Part shown: positions 1-9,207 of the stretch, piece by piece
How positions within the stretch are numbered: the first letter of the stretch is position 1
Layout of the letters: each line of letters opens with the position of its first letter
From: Candidatus Harrisonbacteria bacterium
GTDB lineage: Bacteria > Patescibacteriota > Minisyncoccia > UBA6257 > 02-FULL-45-10c
Direction of reading: 5' to 3'
DNA length: 64,000 bases
Assembly (NCBI GenBank): GCA_016214655.1
Contig: JACROC010000005.1
Span: 195,078-259,077, forward strand
The notes under the pieces: generated by a model
Databases searched by the model: none
What the model saw: only the letters and a program-made list of their open reading frames with translations
What the model was told of the DNA's origin: nothing
Made by a program: the position numbers and the translations under genes

Positions 1-71
1 TTAGCCTCCAAAGCTTCTTTTTCCTTTAGGGCCTCTTCTTGAGTTTGTTGTATAACCTTTTTCTTTCCCAT
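1..71 (-). CDS. 5' end of a gene running off the window (downstream of rpsM; by position possibly ribosomal protein S11)
   Basis: The minus-strand ATG at 71..69 translates to MGKKKVIQQTQEEALKEKEALEA and continues to the window edge. It lies 12 nt after the rpsM stop. Identity is not established from 23 aa. Confidence 0.3.
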   Translation of the reverse strand, partial: MGKKKVIQQTQEEALKEKEALEA

Positions 72-83
72 ACCAAATTTATT

Positions 84-467
84 TTATTTGAGCTCTGTCT
101 TCCTCTTACCGCTGCCGGCAGTCTTACGAACATTACCGCGAACAGTCCGAGAATTAGTTTTTGTCCTTTGACCCCTTACCGGCAAATGCCTCATATGGCG
201 AATACCCCGATAAGCCTGCAAATCTTTCAATAAATTGATATTTTGCTTAATCAACTGACGCAGCTCGCCCTCGATTTTATAATTCTTCTCAATAAATTCT
301 TTTATCCGGTTAACTTCATCCGGCGTTAAATCTTTAGCCCGCTTATTCATATCTACCCTAACCGCCGACAAAATTTTCTGCGATAAGGTTCTGCCGATCC
401 CATAAAGATAGGTTAATGAAACTTCAATTTTCTTATTATCCGGAATATTTATACCACTAATACGCAT
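84..467 (-). CDS. rpsM: 30S ribosomal protein S13
   Basis: The 127-aa translation MRISGINIP...GIRHMRHLPVRGQRTKTNSRT is a typical S13 sequence with the conserved C-terminal basic tail. Confidence 0.9.
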   Translation of the reverse strand: MRISGINIPDNKKIEVSLTYLYGIGRTLSQKILSAVRVDMNKRAKDLTPDEVNRIKEFIEKNYKIEGELRQLIKQNINLLKDLQAYRGIRHMRHLPVRGQRTKTNSRTVRGNVRKTAGSGKRKTELK

Positions 468-488
468 ATTACAATATATATATATTTA

Positions 489-602
489 TTAGCCTTGCCG
501 CTGCTTGTGTTTTTTAATTTTGCAAACGACATAAACTCTATTACTCCTTCGGACCACCTTACAATCTTTACAAATTGTTTTTACCGATGAACGTACCTTC
601 AT
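489..602 (-). CDS. rpmJ: 50S ribosomal protein L36 (below the ORF-track size cutoff)
   Basis: Hand translation of the minus strand gives [37 protein letters not shown] plus a stop. This is the canonical L36 zinc ribbon. It sits between infA and rpsM as in the conserved spc/alpha region. Confidence 0.85.
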   Translation of the reverse strand: MKVRSSVKTICKDCKVVRRSNRVYVVCKIKKHKQRQG

Positions 603-606
603 AAAT

Positions 607-855
607 TTAAAGTCTTCTAATAATCCGTCCCCGCTTATCATCGTAAGGGGTCATTTCCATCGTTACTCTATCCCCGGGCAAAATTTTTATATAATTCATT
701 CTCATTCTGCCAGCCAAATGCGCCAAAACCTCTTTGCCATCACTCGTCTTAACACGAAAAGAAGTCCCCGGAAGGGCTTCCTCAACCACGCCTTCAACTT
801 TTATAACATCCTTACTATTATTCACAGCTAGAACAGATGGTTTAAAGTATACCAC
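607..855 (-). CDS. infA: translation initiation factor IF-1
   Basis: The 82-aa S1-like OB fold reads ...[37 protein letters not shown], matching the IF-1 family. Confidence 0.9.
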   Translation of the reverse strand: MVYFKPSVLAVNNSKDVIKVEGVVEEALPGTSFRVKTSDGKEVLAHLAGRMRMNYIKILPGDRVTMEMTPYDDKRGRIIRRL

Positions 856-890
856 CTGTTTTACTAAAATGTCAATCCCCCTTTCAAAAT

Positions 891-2477
891 TTATTCTATT
901 TTTATCGTAACCTTTCTAGGGTTAGTAGGTACGGTCTTAACATAAAACGGCCAAAGAGACACAGTGGCGCTCTTTAGGCCCGGCAAGGCAAAAACAGTAG
1001 TTTTAAGCTCAATTTCTGATTTACCGAGTATTTTAGATTTCAATTCCTCAGCGTTAATGCGCTTTGCCAGAATAGCTTTAAAATTCACTGGAAAAGTAAG
1101 GAGGCCGCGGTCGAAATCCGCTCTAGCTAATTCATAATCTAAAGTATTTTCTCTCATATCCAAATCTTCTCCATTATCGCGCTTAGCGCGTTTATCCAAT
1201 AACTCCTTAAGGTCATTCTCCTTAAACGCAATAATCGTCATTTGAGCCTCACTGAAAATTCCAAATGATCCGCCCTCATCAGTTTCCGAATCCACTTTTT
1301 GTTCCAGAACCTTATATCTGGTAGAGCCGTCCAAAACTTTAAATTCTTTTGGAATCTGCATTAAAAGCACAGTCTTAACTGAATCCTCCAGAGCAGCCTG
1401 AGCTTTTTCTTTTGCATTCTTGATATCGCTGTCCGTCGGATAAGCTACCTCCCCGATAAATCCGCCAGTCATATTGCCAGTGGATTCGCCATAAAATGAT
1501 TGATACTTTGGCGTACCCTTAAATCCGGGAATGGTAAACAATTTTACCGGACCGATATTATAATCCGGACCAGGTTTGTCAGCTGACACTTCGGTGTCAA
1601 TACTGGATGGAACTATCTTTCCTTCAACAATCTTGGCGCCCGGAACCGTAATGGTCTTAGTTAAACGATAAATTTTACCGTCCGGCGTAATAAACCTAGT
1701 CTGTTCCACCAACGGCTGAGGATCGGAGCTATAGCTGTTAAACACCGTTATCGTGCCGCCGGCTTTTCTTTCAACTTGCCTCCTGCCAGTAGCCGGAAAC
1801 TTCAGCTGAACATTCTTCTTCTCAGAAAAAACCTGGTTCGGGATAGTCATTTTAACCGGATCCAAAACTGCCGCTTTATCCGTAATAATTGAATCGTTAT
1901 ACGACCACTCCTGCGTTTGGGCGACAATAACCACAGTTGCACTTGGTAAAATTTTCAACAGATTAAACCCAAACACCGCAACAGTGAAAATCACGAATGC
2001 CCAGATAAAAAAACGCGGGCGGAATTCGGTGGCCGGAAGAGTAAATTCCGGCGGCGCGATCTCCGGTAATCTGAATTTCCATGACTTATCACTTTCCGGC
2101 ATCACCGGCTCTTCCACTGGCAACCTTTCTTCGGCTTCTTCCTGGAAAACTTTGGCAGCTGGCTTTCTTTTGGTAATTTTTACGGCTTTAGGCGCAACAA
2201 TATCGGAAAATTGCCTTTTAGTTTTAGCAAAAAACGGATTAAGCGCAGTAAGGCCGCTCATTTCCGCCAGCTCCACTATATGATCATCTACTGATTCTAT
2301 GCTGATTTTTTTCCCCAGAGCATCCGCTTCCCGTTTTAAAAGATGAAAATTACTGAGCGATTCGCCAAGATGAGAAAAACGGGGAATATTTAAAACTATC
2401 TCCTCGTCCGGAGCTTCAATAATCTTTTCAACGATAATTGCTATTTCGTCACTTTTATTTACGGAAATCTTCTTCAT
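891..2477 (-). CDS. hypothetical single-pass membrane protein (cytoplasmic N-terminal region, one TM, large extracytoplasmic domain)
   Basis: The 528-aa ORF has one hydrophobic segment, FFIWAFVIFTVAVFGFNLLKIL. It abuts the upstream ORF with a 0-nt gap, suggesting an operon. No family was recognised. Confidence 0.5.
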   Translation of the reverse strand: MKKISVNKSDEIAIIVEKIIEAPDEEIVLNIPRFSHLGESLSNFHLLKREADALGKKISIESVDDHIVELAEMSGLTALNPFFAKTKRQFSDIVAPKAVKITKRKPAAKVFQEEAEERLPVEEPVMPESDKSWKFRLPEIAPPEFTLPATEFRPRFFIWAFVIFTVAVFGFNLLKILPSATVVIVAQTQEWSYNDSIITDKAAVLDPVKMTIPNQVFSEKKNVQLKFPATGRRQVERKAGGTITVFNSYSSDPQPLVEQTRFITPDGKIYRLTKTITVPGAKIVEGKIVPSSIDTEVSADKPGPDYNIGPVKLFTIPGFKGTPKYQSFYGESTGNMTGGFIGEVAYPTDSDIKNAKEKAQAALEDSVKTVLLMQIPKEFKVLDGSTRYKVLEQKVDSETDEGGSFGIFSEAQMTIIAFKENDLKELLDKRAKRDNGEDLDMRENTLDYELARADFDRGLLTFPVNFKAILAKRINAEELKSKILGKSEIELKTTVFALPGLKSATVSLWPFYVKTVPTNPRKVTIKIE

Positions 2478-3683
2478 TTATGTCACCAGCCATCGCACGC
2501 GCCTATTCGCCAGATGGCTCATTTTATCATTTTGCGGAAGAAAATTAATTTCTAATAATGCCGCGAGAATAGTCGCGAGATTCTTCACAGAAACCGAATG
2601 TTTAAATTGTACCTCAAAACCGGATTTTTCGATAATGAGATTTGTAGATAGAGGCAGAAGCTTAATAGGCTTTTGAAACCGGCTATGAAAACGGTCGGAA
2701 AAAATGAGTGGCGGCAAATTAAAAAAAGAATTAACATAAATATCCGAAGACTCTTTCTCAACTAAAGTTTCCAATCCATTGGCGAACATCTGCAATTCTT
2801 TCAACAAGATATTTTCAAACCTCCGGAGAAAATTCTCCGAAGCATTTTCAGCAGAATAGCTCTGGATAATAGTTTTAGCGATCAATGGATCTACCTTAAG
2901 ATAGCGTCCCAGCAGATGAGTCAGGTCGTTCTCGCCCCATTCAAAATTATCCAAATGTCCAAGCCGGCCGCTGGATGAAAAATAAATTGAGGTCTGGTTG
3001 GGGAAAAGGTTCGCAATGAAAAACCGGTCTTGCCCGGCAATTCTGGAAAAAACATGGCTTATGGCAGTGCCAGCTTCGGTAACCAGCGCAATATTTTCTT
3101 TAGATAATAAATCCCGGAATCCGCGCATCAAATCCCGCGAAGTGAATGTCTGACTAAAATAAATCTCTACTGCCTTCGCCTTAAATCCAATGGGATTAAC
3201 AATTTTATGGCCATCCAACCTGATACCGCGGATACGGACGTCGCCTAACAAAACATCCACGTCATCGATATTCATTTTTTGGGCAACTTTCAAACGGTGA
3301 CGGTCAAAAAATCTCCAGATCGCCTGTGAAATCAAATTATCAATATCCGCCTCGTCGATGGTTTCTTTAGAATTCGGGCGCACTAAAGAAATGGAAGAAT
3401 AAATTGTGGTGGCGAAATCGGAATCCAAACTTAAAATGATTTTATATCTGTGCAGTTTCCTTACGTTTTTCAGCAAGAACTTGATTTCCTTCAAAATATT
3501 GAAAGTGCTGAATTCCGCAACCAGGCTCACCCAATTTCCCAAGATCCTGATTTTTTTCTTTTCAAAATCAGCTTTCAAAACCGTAACCTGCACATAATGA
3601 TTCAGCGCCTCGATCAAAAGATACCTATCGCCCCGGAAGAGCAAATTGGCCAGGAATTCTTTTATGTAATTTAGTCCCAACAC
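2478..3683 (-). CDS. putative actin-fold ATPase (PilM/FtsA-like)
   Basis: The 401-aa ORF has an N-terminal beta-hairpin pattern (LLIEALNHYVQVTVLKAD) and a middle region resembling sugar-kinase/Hsp70/actin-fold proteins of the PilM/FtsA type. This is weak similarity by eye only. Confidence 0.35.
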   Translation of the reverse strand: MLGLNYIKEFLANLLFRGDRYLLIEALNHYVQVTVLKADFEKKKIRILGNWVSLVAEFSTFNILKEIKFLLKNVRKLHRYKIILSLDSDFATTIYSSISLVRPNSKETIDEADIDNLISQAIWRFFDRHRLKVAQKMNIDDVDVLLGDVRIRGIRLDGHKIVNPIGFKAKAVEIYFSQTFTSRDLMRGFRDLLSKENIALVTEAGTAISHVFSRIAGQDRFFIANLFPNQTSIYFSSSGRLGHLDNFEWGENDLTHLLGRYLKVDPLIAKTIIQSYSAENASENFLRRFENILLKELQMFANGLETLVEKESSDIYVNSFFNLPPLIFSDRFHSRFQKPIKLLPLSTNLIIEKSGFEVQFKHSVSVKNLATILAALLEINFLPQNDKMSHLANRRVRWLVT

Positions 3684-3734
3684 TTTTTATTATAACACAT
3701 ATAGGCGATTAGCGGTTAGCGACTAGCGACTAGT

Positions 3735-3761
3735 TAAAAAAACGGCTCATTTTGAGCCGTT
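3735..3761 (-). terminator. intrinsic terminator hairpin (aacggctca-ttt-tgagccgtt) with a U-run on the minus strand
   Basis: A 9-bp perfect stem with a 3-nt loop overlaps the stop codon of the 3760..3969 ORF. It is followed on the minus strand by UUUUUU. Confidence 0.5.
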
Positions 3762-3969
3762 ATGTAAGGAAAAGGACTGAGGGTTGGTAATAGATGTATT
3801 CCGTTGAGTTGTACATGCCGCCGTCAGCGCCGCGGACCATCGTCTCGCGAATACGAAGCTCGGCGTCGTTATCCAGCTCCAAAATCAAAATGCTTTCTTT
3901 GGAAACGATTCCAACGATTCTTCTGCCAATCAGCAGCCTCGCCACTTCCTCGTTTATTTTGTTATGCAC
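3760..3969 (-). CDS. small hypothetical protein (69 aa)
   Basis: The ORF ends exactly in an intrinsic terminator hairpin. No family was recognised. Confidence 0.4.
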   Translation of the reverse strand: MHNKINEEVARLLIGRRIVGIVSKESILILELDNDAELRIRETMVRGADGGMYNSTEYIYYQPSVLFLT

Positions 3970-4028
3970 CCCTCTCCTCTTTTATTTAAGAAAACTGCTG
4001 AATTAAAGATAAATTAAAAACAGCCATA

Positions 4029-5777
4029 TTACAAGAGGATAACAACAGCTCTTATTCTCCGTACGCCAGATCCAACAGCTTCCTGTTTCAAAATCTTAAA
4101 TTTTCCGATTTTAAAAGTATTGGCAACATGCGGTCCGCCGCAAAATTCTTTGCTAAAATCACCCATAAAATAAACTTTTACTTTTTCAGGATATTTTTGT
4201 TTAAAGAAATAAAGCGCGCCGGTTTTTTTAGCTTCTTCAATCGGCAACTCTTTATAATAAACTGGCAAGTCTTTTTGGATTGCCTCATTGACTAAATCTT
4301 CTATCTTTTTAACTTCTTCGTCGGTGAGTTTGCGGCTAAACGAGAAATCAAACCTGGTTCGCTCTGCAGTTATATCCGAACCCATCTGATGCACATCTAG
4401 TCCAAGCACATTGCGTAGCGCCTGTTGAAGCAAGTGAGTCGCGGTATGGAGCCGGGTGACTTTTTCCACTTCTTCGGACGTAGAAGCTTTGAGTTCTCCG
4501 GTATCTAAAATAAGACCGTGACCGCCAAATTTTTTCTCCGAACCGGCACGAGAAACCTCCTGATGCTTTTTAAACTCCGCATCAAAATTATCTTTATTTA
4601 AACCTCTTACCTTGGCCGGCACTAATTCACCCAGCAATTCCCACGGCAATCCGAAAGTTTCATAAATATAAAATGCGTCTTTGGCAGTAATAACGTCGTA
4701 TTTTTCGATCTCTTTTATTCCCAGGGCGAGCGCTTTTTCGAATTTTGATTTTTCTTCCATCATTACTGCGAAAATTTCTTTCGTATTTTTCACTTCCGGA
4801 TACGCATCGCCAAAAGTTTCTCTGACAATATCCACAGCCAAAGCAAAAAGCTCCGCGTGAATATCATATTTAATTTCATAAACCATTATCCGGCGAAGTA
4901 ATCTCCTCAAGATATAACCGACTTCCTTATTAGACGGCCGGACGCCGTCGGCAATTAAAAATATTGATGCCCGCAGATGATCCGCCAAAACTCTCAATAC
5001 TTTATCTTCTAGTCCGGATTTTACTTCCTGAATTTTTGAAACAAGCGGATGAAAAAGATCGGTTTCAAATACATTATCAACACCCCGAAGCATTGTGGCT
5101 AAGCGCTCCAGGCCCATGCCGGTATCCACACCAGGCGTTTCCAATTTCCGCAAACTCTTGTCCGAATTCTGATAATATTCGTTAAAGACTAAATTCCAAA
5201 TCTCCACGCCGTCAACATAAATTTCCGTTGTCGGCCCGCAGGGACCTTCATTGCCGGTTGGTCCCCAAAAATTATCCGCCCGGCCATGCTTTTTAATTTT
5301 CTCCTTCGGCAAGCCGATTTCTTCATGCCAAATTCTGAATGATTCTTTATCAAATGGAATCGGGACTTGCCCTGGGCCTGCCGAAAGGTCGCCGCCAAAA
5401 ACCGTAACGGTAACCCGTTCGCGGTCAATTCCTAATTCATTTATGACAAAATCATGCGCCCACCGGATCGCTTCTTTTTTAAAATAACCGCCAAAACTGA
5501 AATTTCCAAGCATCTCAAAAAATGTCAGGTGAGTTTTATCGCCTACCTCATCAATATCCGAAGTCCGAAAACACTTCTGCACCGAAGCGGTATTTTTACT
5601 GCCGAAATCACGAATTGGATCGGCCTTACCAACATAATACGGCTTGAACTGTTGCATACCCGCAGTTGTCAGAAGCACCGAAGGATCGTCCGGAGTCAAA
5701 GAAGAAGACGGCACTACGGCGTGCCTGCGCTCTCGGAAAAAATCTGAAAATTTTTTACGGATTTCGCTAGATTCCAT
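4029..5777 (-). CDS. alaS: alanyl-tRNA synthetase, short form (catalytic plus editing core, no C-Ala domain)
   Basis: The N-terminus has class II AlaS motifs (FKPYY, SVQKCFRTSDIDEVGDKTHLTFFEMLGNFSFGGYFK). The C-terminus is an editing-domain-like HTATHLL...CGGPHV segment. At 582 aa it is far shorter than canonical AlaS of about 870 aa. Confidence 0.85.
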   Translation of the reverse strand: MESSEIRKKFSDFFRERRHAVVPSSSLTPDDPSVLLTTAGMQQFKPYYVGKADPIRDFGSKNTASVQKCFRTSDIDEVGDKTHLTFFEMLGNFSFGGYFKKEAIRWAHDFVINELGIDRERVTVTVFGGDLSAGPGQVPIPFDKESFRIWHEEIGLPKEKIKKHGRADNFWGPTGNEGPCGPTTEIYVDGVEIWNLVFNEYYQNSDKSLRKLETPGVDTGMGLERLATMLRGVDNVFETDLFHPLVSKIQEVKSGLEDKVLRVLADHLRASIFLIADGVRPSNKEVGYILRRLLRRIMVYEIKYDIHAELFALAVDIVRETFGDAYPEVKNTKEIFAVMMEEKSKFEKALALGIKEIEKYDVITAKDAFYIYETFGLPWELLGELVPAKVRGLNKDNFDAEFKKHQEVSRAGSEKKFGGHGLILDTGELKASTSEEVEKVTRLHTATHLLQQALRNVLGLDVHQMGSDITAERTRFDFSFSRKLTDEEVKKIEDLVNEAIQKDLPVYYKELPIEEAKKTGALYFFKQKYPEKVKVYFMGDFSKEFCGGPHVANTFKIGKFKILKQEAVGSGVRRIRAVVILL

Positions 5778-5807
5778 ATTTACTTAAAAATTTTAACATG
5801 ACGCCAA

Positions 5808-5843
5808 AAATAAAAAAAGCGCCGGTCCTCAATCGGCGCTTGT
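5808..5843 (-). terminator. intrinsic terminator (aagcgccg...cggcgctt stem plus U-run on minus strand)
   Basis: An 8-bp GC-rich inverted repeat lies immediately after the stop of the 5848..7404 ORF. An A-run on the plus strand gives a U-run on minus. Confidence 0.5.
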
Positions 5844-5847
5844 CGTC

Positions 5848-7404
5848 TTACTGCAATACTCTCTGTATCAACGGCTGAGAGGCGCGCTGAGCTTCTGTTT
5901 CCTCCGCTAATTTACGCAGTAAATTCTTCAAAGATTGTTCGGTATCTAGGAGTAAAGCTTTGACGTCTTTTAAAACCGCCATTATTGAATCGGGTTTGGC
6001 ATTTTTAGTTTTTAAATCCGAAAGATTCGCCAGAGATTTTTCAGCTGAAGTTAAAAGTTTGAAAAGCTCCGGCGAATTTTCCGAAGTCAAACCGTTTCTC
6101 CCCGAATCATATGAAATCCGGTCAAAATCTGTTTTTAAATTCCTGAGCAAATTTTCTAAATTGCCATAATCAATCAATTGCCGCAAGGCATTTCTTGCCG
6201 CGGCCGCCGCAATACTAGCCTGACCAAAGGCATTTGCGTACTGCGAATTACCAAAAGAGTCTTTTGCCTGCTTAAGATTAAATTCACTCAAAGAAAACAG
6301 GGCATCGGTGGATTGGCTTCTTAAATTCGCTTCAACGATCTTTTCTTTAAGCAATCTGGCCAAATTTTCCACATCATTCATCAATCTTTCCGCTTCTGAT
6401 TTACCGATGCTCCGACTGCGGGAAGCCAACTCTAAAATTAGTTGGCGAATCACACCTAAATCATTCTTTAGTTCGGAATCAGCCAAATACTCCCTTACTT
6501 CGTCCAAAACTTTTATTCTCCGCCAGGCATCTCCGGGTAATTGCTGAAATACCGCCGGCAAAGTAGAACTTAGATTTTCAGCGCCGATTTTCATTTGTAT
6601 TTTTAAGAACAAATCTTCTTTAAGCGCCAAAACTACCTCCCGCGCTTTGGAATTGTAAGGAGTTTTATCCTCTACCCGATCCAACCGCTCCAAGGCGCGG
6701 AATTCTTTAAATACTCCTCCCCCGCCTTGATCTACAACAGCTAAAAACCGTGAACGGAAACTCTCCGGGGAATCAAGATATGCCAAAGTATCTGCGATAA
6801 TTTCGCTAATACGGCTTTGTAAAGAATCCAGTTTTTCTTTATTTCGCGCATCACTTTTTAATTTCAAAACATCGAATAAACTCAAGTGTTTTAAGCTGCG
6901 ATCCAAAAGTTTATTCAATAATCTATCAACACCAGCATTGGAACTGTCCTCTTTAATTGACTTTAAAAGAGCCGGCAGACGATCTAAATTTTCTTTATAC
7001 ATTTCAAGCGCCTTAGCCAAAGCAACTTCGTTATCAGGTAAAATTTCTTCCAACCGCTTCAACTCTGCAGCTTTTTCATTTAAGAAGTCTAACTCTAAAT
7101 CAGCTTTTTGAACCGGGTTTATCTTAAATACCCTTTGAGTAGACCGCCGCCAATTCTTCATGAAATAAAAAGGATTAGACTGTAAAAGCCCCGGATCTTC
7201 TATCCCCAGATCTTCTAATTTGACAGCCTCTTGGGCAACCAGCCTCAAAACCAGGCTATTTTCAGGATTAATCTCTCCTTGAGCCAAACTGACCGCCGGA
7301 ACCAAAACAAGGCTGAAAATGGCGGTTTTTATGGCTATTTTACATATAAATTGTCGTTTACCCATGTTTCCAATATAAAAACCCTTATTTAACAGGGTCC
7401 TCAC
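5848..7404 (-). CDS. secreted alpha-helical hypothetical protein (signal peptide)
   Basis: The 518-aa ORF has an N-terminal hydrophobic signal-like segment (AIFSLVLVPAVSLAQG). The rest is Leu/Glu/Lys-rich and helical. No catalytic motif was seen. Confidence 0.55.
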   Translation of the reverse strand: MRTLLNKGFYIGNMGKRQFICKIAIKTAIFSLVLVPAVSLAQGEINPENSLVLRLVAQEAVKLEDLGIEDPGLLQSNPFYFMKNWRRSTQRVFKINPVQKADLELDFLNEKAAELKRLEEILPDNEVALAKALEMYKENLDRLPALLKSIKEDSSNAGVDRLLNKLLDRSLKHLSLFDVLKLKSDARNKEKLDSLQSRISEIIADTLAYLDSPESFRSRFLAVVDQGGGGVFKEFRALERLDRVEDKTPYNSKAREVVLALKEDLFLKIQMKIGAENLSSTLPAVFQQLPGDAWRRIKVLDEVREYLADSELKNDLGVIRQLILELASRSRSIGKSEAERLMNDVENLARLLKEKIVEANLRSQSTDALFSLSEFNLKQAKDSFGNSQYANAFGQASIAAAAARNALRQLIDYGNLENLLRNLKTDFDRISYDSGRNGLTSENSPELFKLLTSAEKSLANLSDLKTKNAKPDSIMAVLKDVKALLLDTEQSLKNLLRKLAEETEAQRASQPLIQRVLQ

Positions 7405-7475
7405 ATATATTTTCCCGATTAATTAACTCCTTATTTACTTACAATTAGTATAACATATCAGATACTAAAAAGCCA

Positions 7476-7930
7476 GTAAAAAGAAAGCCCCCTCAACTAC
7501 CAGAAGAGGGGGCGGCGAGCGCCTCGTTTGTCGCTGGTCTCTGATAACCAGCCTAGTCCCGTCGGACTGAGACACTCTAAGGAGCTTATTTGGTTAGATC
7601 GCGCGTACTCCCTATGTCAACCACGCGCGACCAGGAACGCTTACCAGGTGGTCAGAAGACCTGGCGTATCTGTGAGCTGTCTCCCGTGCCCTGCACGAGA
7701 TAACAACCAGGATGCGCTCCACGGTAATACGGATGGGTTTTTCGCTAGGTGGCAACCCAGCTAAAGCAACCTCACGCGTTGCTTTCCTCCCACCGCCCCA
7801 TAATGATCCCTCTTTGAGAAACCACGCTGGAACCAGATTCCAAACTGATGCCTCGGTCCGGTGCCAATGAAGGTACTACAGTCTAGCCGGGGCGCCCCTT
7901 GCGGAGCCTTCCGTCAGCTTCGACAAATTA
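7476..7930 (-). ncRNA. candidate structured ncRNA (class unresolved; size fits RNase P RNA or another large RNA), or a long structured rpoD 3' UTR
   Basis: This 455-nt ORF-free block is GC-rich (about 55-58%) against an approximately 40% GC background. It has many local hairpins, for example CCAGGUCUUCUGACCACCUGG and CGCGCGUGG...ACGCGCG. It ends with a minus-strand intrinsic terminator (cccccuc-N11-gaggggg then CUUUCUUUUU, plus 7476..7508). No tRNA-like T-arm is present, which argues against tmRNA. Confidence 0.35.
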
Positions 7931-7955
7931 AATATAGCATATAATCCAATTCTTG

Positions 7956-9194
7956 TCAATACCCCTCAATTGTGTGCGATTTGCCGTGCTGACGGATGCG
8001 GCTGAGAGCCTTCGCTTCAATCTGGCGGATGCGCTCGCGGGTGACTGCAAACTCCTTTCCTACTTCTTCCAAAGTATGGGTAATTCCATCCTCCAGACCA
8101 AAACGCATCTGAAGAATTTTCTGCTCTCTCGGAGTCAGGTCAACTAAAATTTCTTTGATCCTTTCCCGAAGTAAAGTTTGGGATGCTACCTGCGAGGGAG
8201 TAAGGCTGTGAGTATCTTCAATAAATTCGGACAAAGTTGATTCGTCGTCATCTTCGCCAACCGGCGCCTCAAGCGAAACCACTTCCTGGGAAATTTTCTG
8301 GATATGATGAACCTTCTCCACCGAAATATTCATTTCAATGGCAATTTCTTCCGGCAAAGGATCACGCCCCAATTCCTGCATTAAATGCCGCTTAGCTTGG
8401 GTATATTTAGAAATAGTTTCCACCATATGGACCGGAATACGGATAGTTCTGGATTGGTCAGCAAGAGCGCGGGTAATAGCCTGGCGAATCCACCAGGTTG
8501 CATAAGTAGAAAATTTAAAACCCCGGCGGTAATCAAATTTTGTAACTGCCCTGGCAAGGCCGATATTGCCCTCCTGAACAAGATCTAAAATACTGAGATG
8601 CGGAGTCCTGTTGACGTAGCGCTTGGCAATAGAAACTACCAGCCGGAGATTGGCTTTAATAAATTGCTGGCGGGCCTCTTCATCCCCCTTCTCAATTTTT
8701 TTAGCCAATTCCCGTTCCTGTTCCTGTTTCAAAAGCTCAGTCTTGCCGATCTCTTTAAGATATTGCTGGACTGAATCCGGCAGCTCTCCCTCAAAATGAG
8801 TCGCTTTTTCTAATTCCTTTTTGCTGATTTCATCTTTAGGAAGCTCGATTAACTGGCTGGTTTCCAAAACCTTAATATTAGCGGTCTCCAGCCGGTTATA
8901 AATTTCCTCCAAAAAAGCGACGTCGTCTTCCACGCGCGGAAAATAATGGAGCACTTCCGTATCCGTCACAAAACCACGGCTCTTTCCGCGGTCAATCAAT
9001 TCATTTAAAGCCTCCTCTTCAGCCATAGCTTTCTTCTCGCCCCCCGCTACTTTCTTCGCAGCCACGTTCTTTAAAATTTTCTTTATCTTTTTGATTTTCT
9101 TAGCCTTCTTGGTTTTTTTAACCTTCTTAAGTTTCTTTTTCAGCTTTTTAATTTTTGGCTTTTTTATTTTTTTATTTTTCTTCTTTTTGCTCAT
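7956..9194 (-). CDS. rpoD: RNA polymerase sigma-70 factor RpoD
   Basis: Region 2.4/3 reads [15 protein letters not shown] and region 4 reads [28 protein letters not shown]. The N-terminus is extremely Lys-rich ([15 protein letters not shown]...). The ORF track starts at 9275 and overlaps dnaG. The MSKKKK start at 9194 gives a 14-nt gap after the dnaG stop and is preferred. Confidence 0.9.
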   Translation of the reverse strand: MSKKKKNKKIKKPKIKKLKKKLKKVKKTKKAKKIKKIKKILKNVAAKKVAGGEKKAMAEEEALNELIDRGKSRGFVTDTEVLHYFPRVEDDVAFLEEIYNRLETANIKVLETSQLIELPKDEISKKELEKATHFEGELPDSVQQYLKEIGKTELLKQEQERELAKKIEKGDEEARQQFIKANLRLVVSIAKRYVNRTPHLSILDLVQEGNIGLARAVTKFDYRRGFKFSTYATWWIRQAITRALADQSRTIRIPVHMVETISKYTQAKRHLMQELGRDPLPEEIAIEMNISVEKVHHIQKISQEVVSLEAPVGEDDDESTLSEFIEDTHSLTPSQVASQTLLRERIKEILVDLTPREQKILQMRFGLEDGITHTLEEVGKEFAVTRERIRQIEAKALSRIRQHGKSHTIEGY

Positions 9195-9207
9195 AAAATA
9201 AGACAAT

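Noticed and set aside
4964-5747. Several 70-100 aa ORFs antisense or out-of-frame within alaS (4964..5185, 5189..5428, 5251..5487, 5454..5747)
   Set aside because: They are embedded in a well-supported long CDS and are typical shadow ORFs.
7528-7764. 78-aa plus-strand ORF inside the GC-rich block
   Set aside because: It has no RBS and arbitrary composition. It lies in a region better explained as structured RNA or a 3' UTR. GC-rich sequence generates spurious ORFs.
7440-7955. tmRNA assignment for either GC-rich block
   Set aside because: I could not find a tRNA-like T-arm (GGUUCGANUCC) or an acceptor stem ending in (CCA) on either strand. No tag reading frame ending in hydrophobic residues plus a stop was evident.
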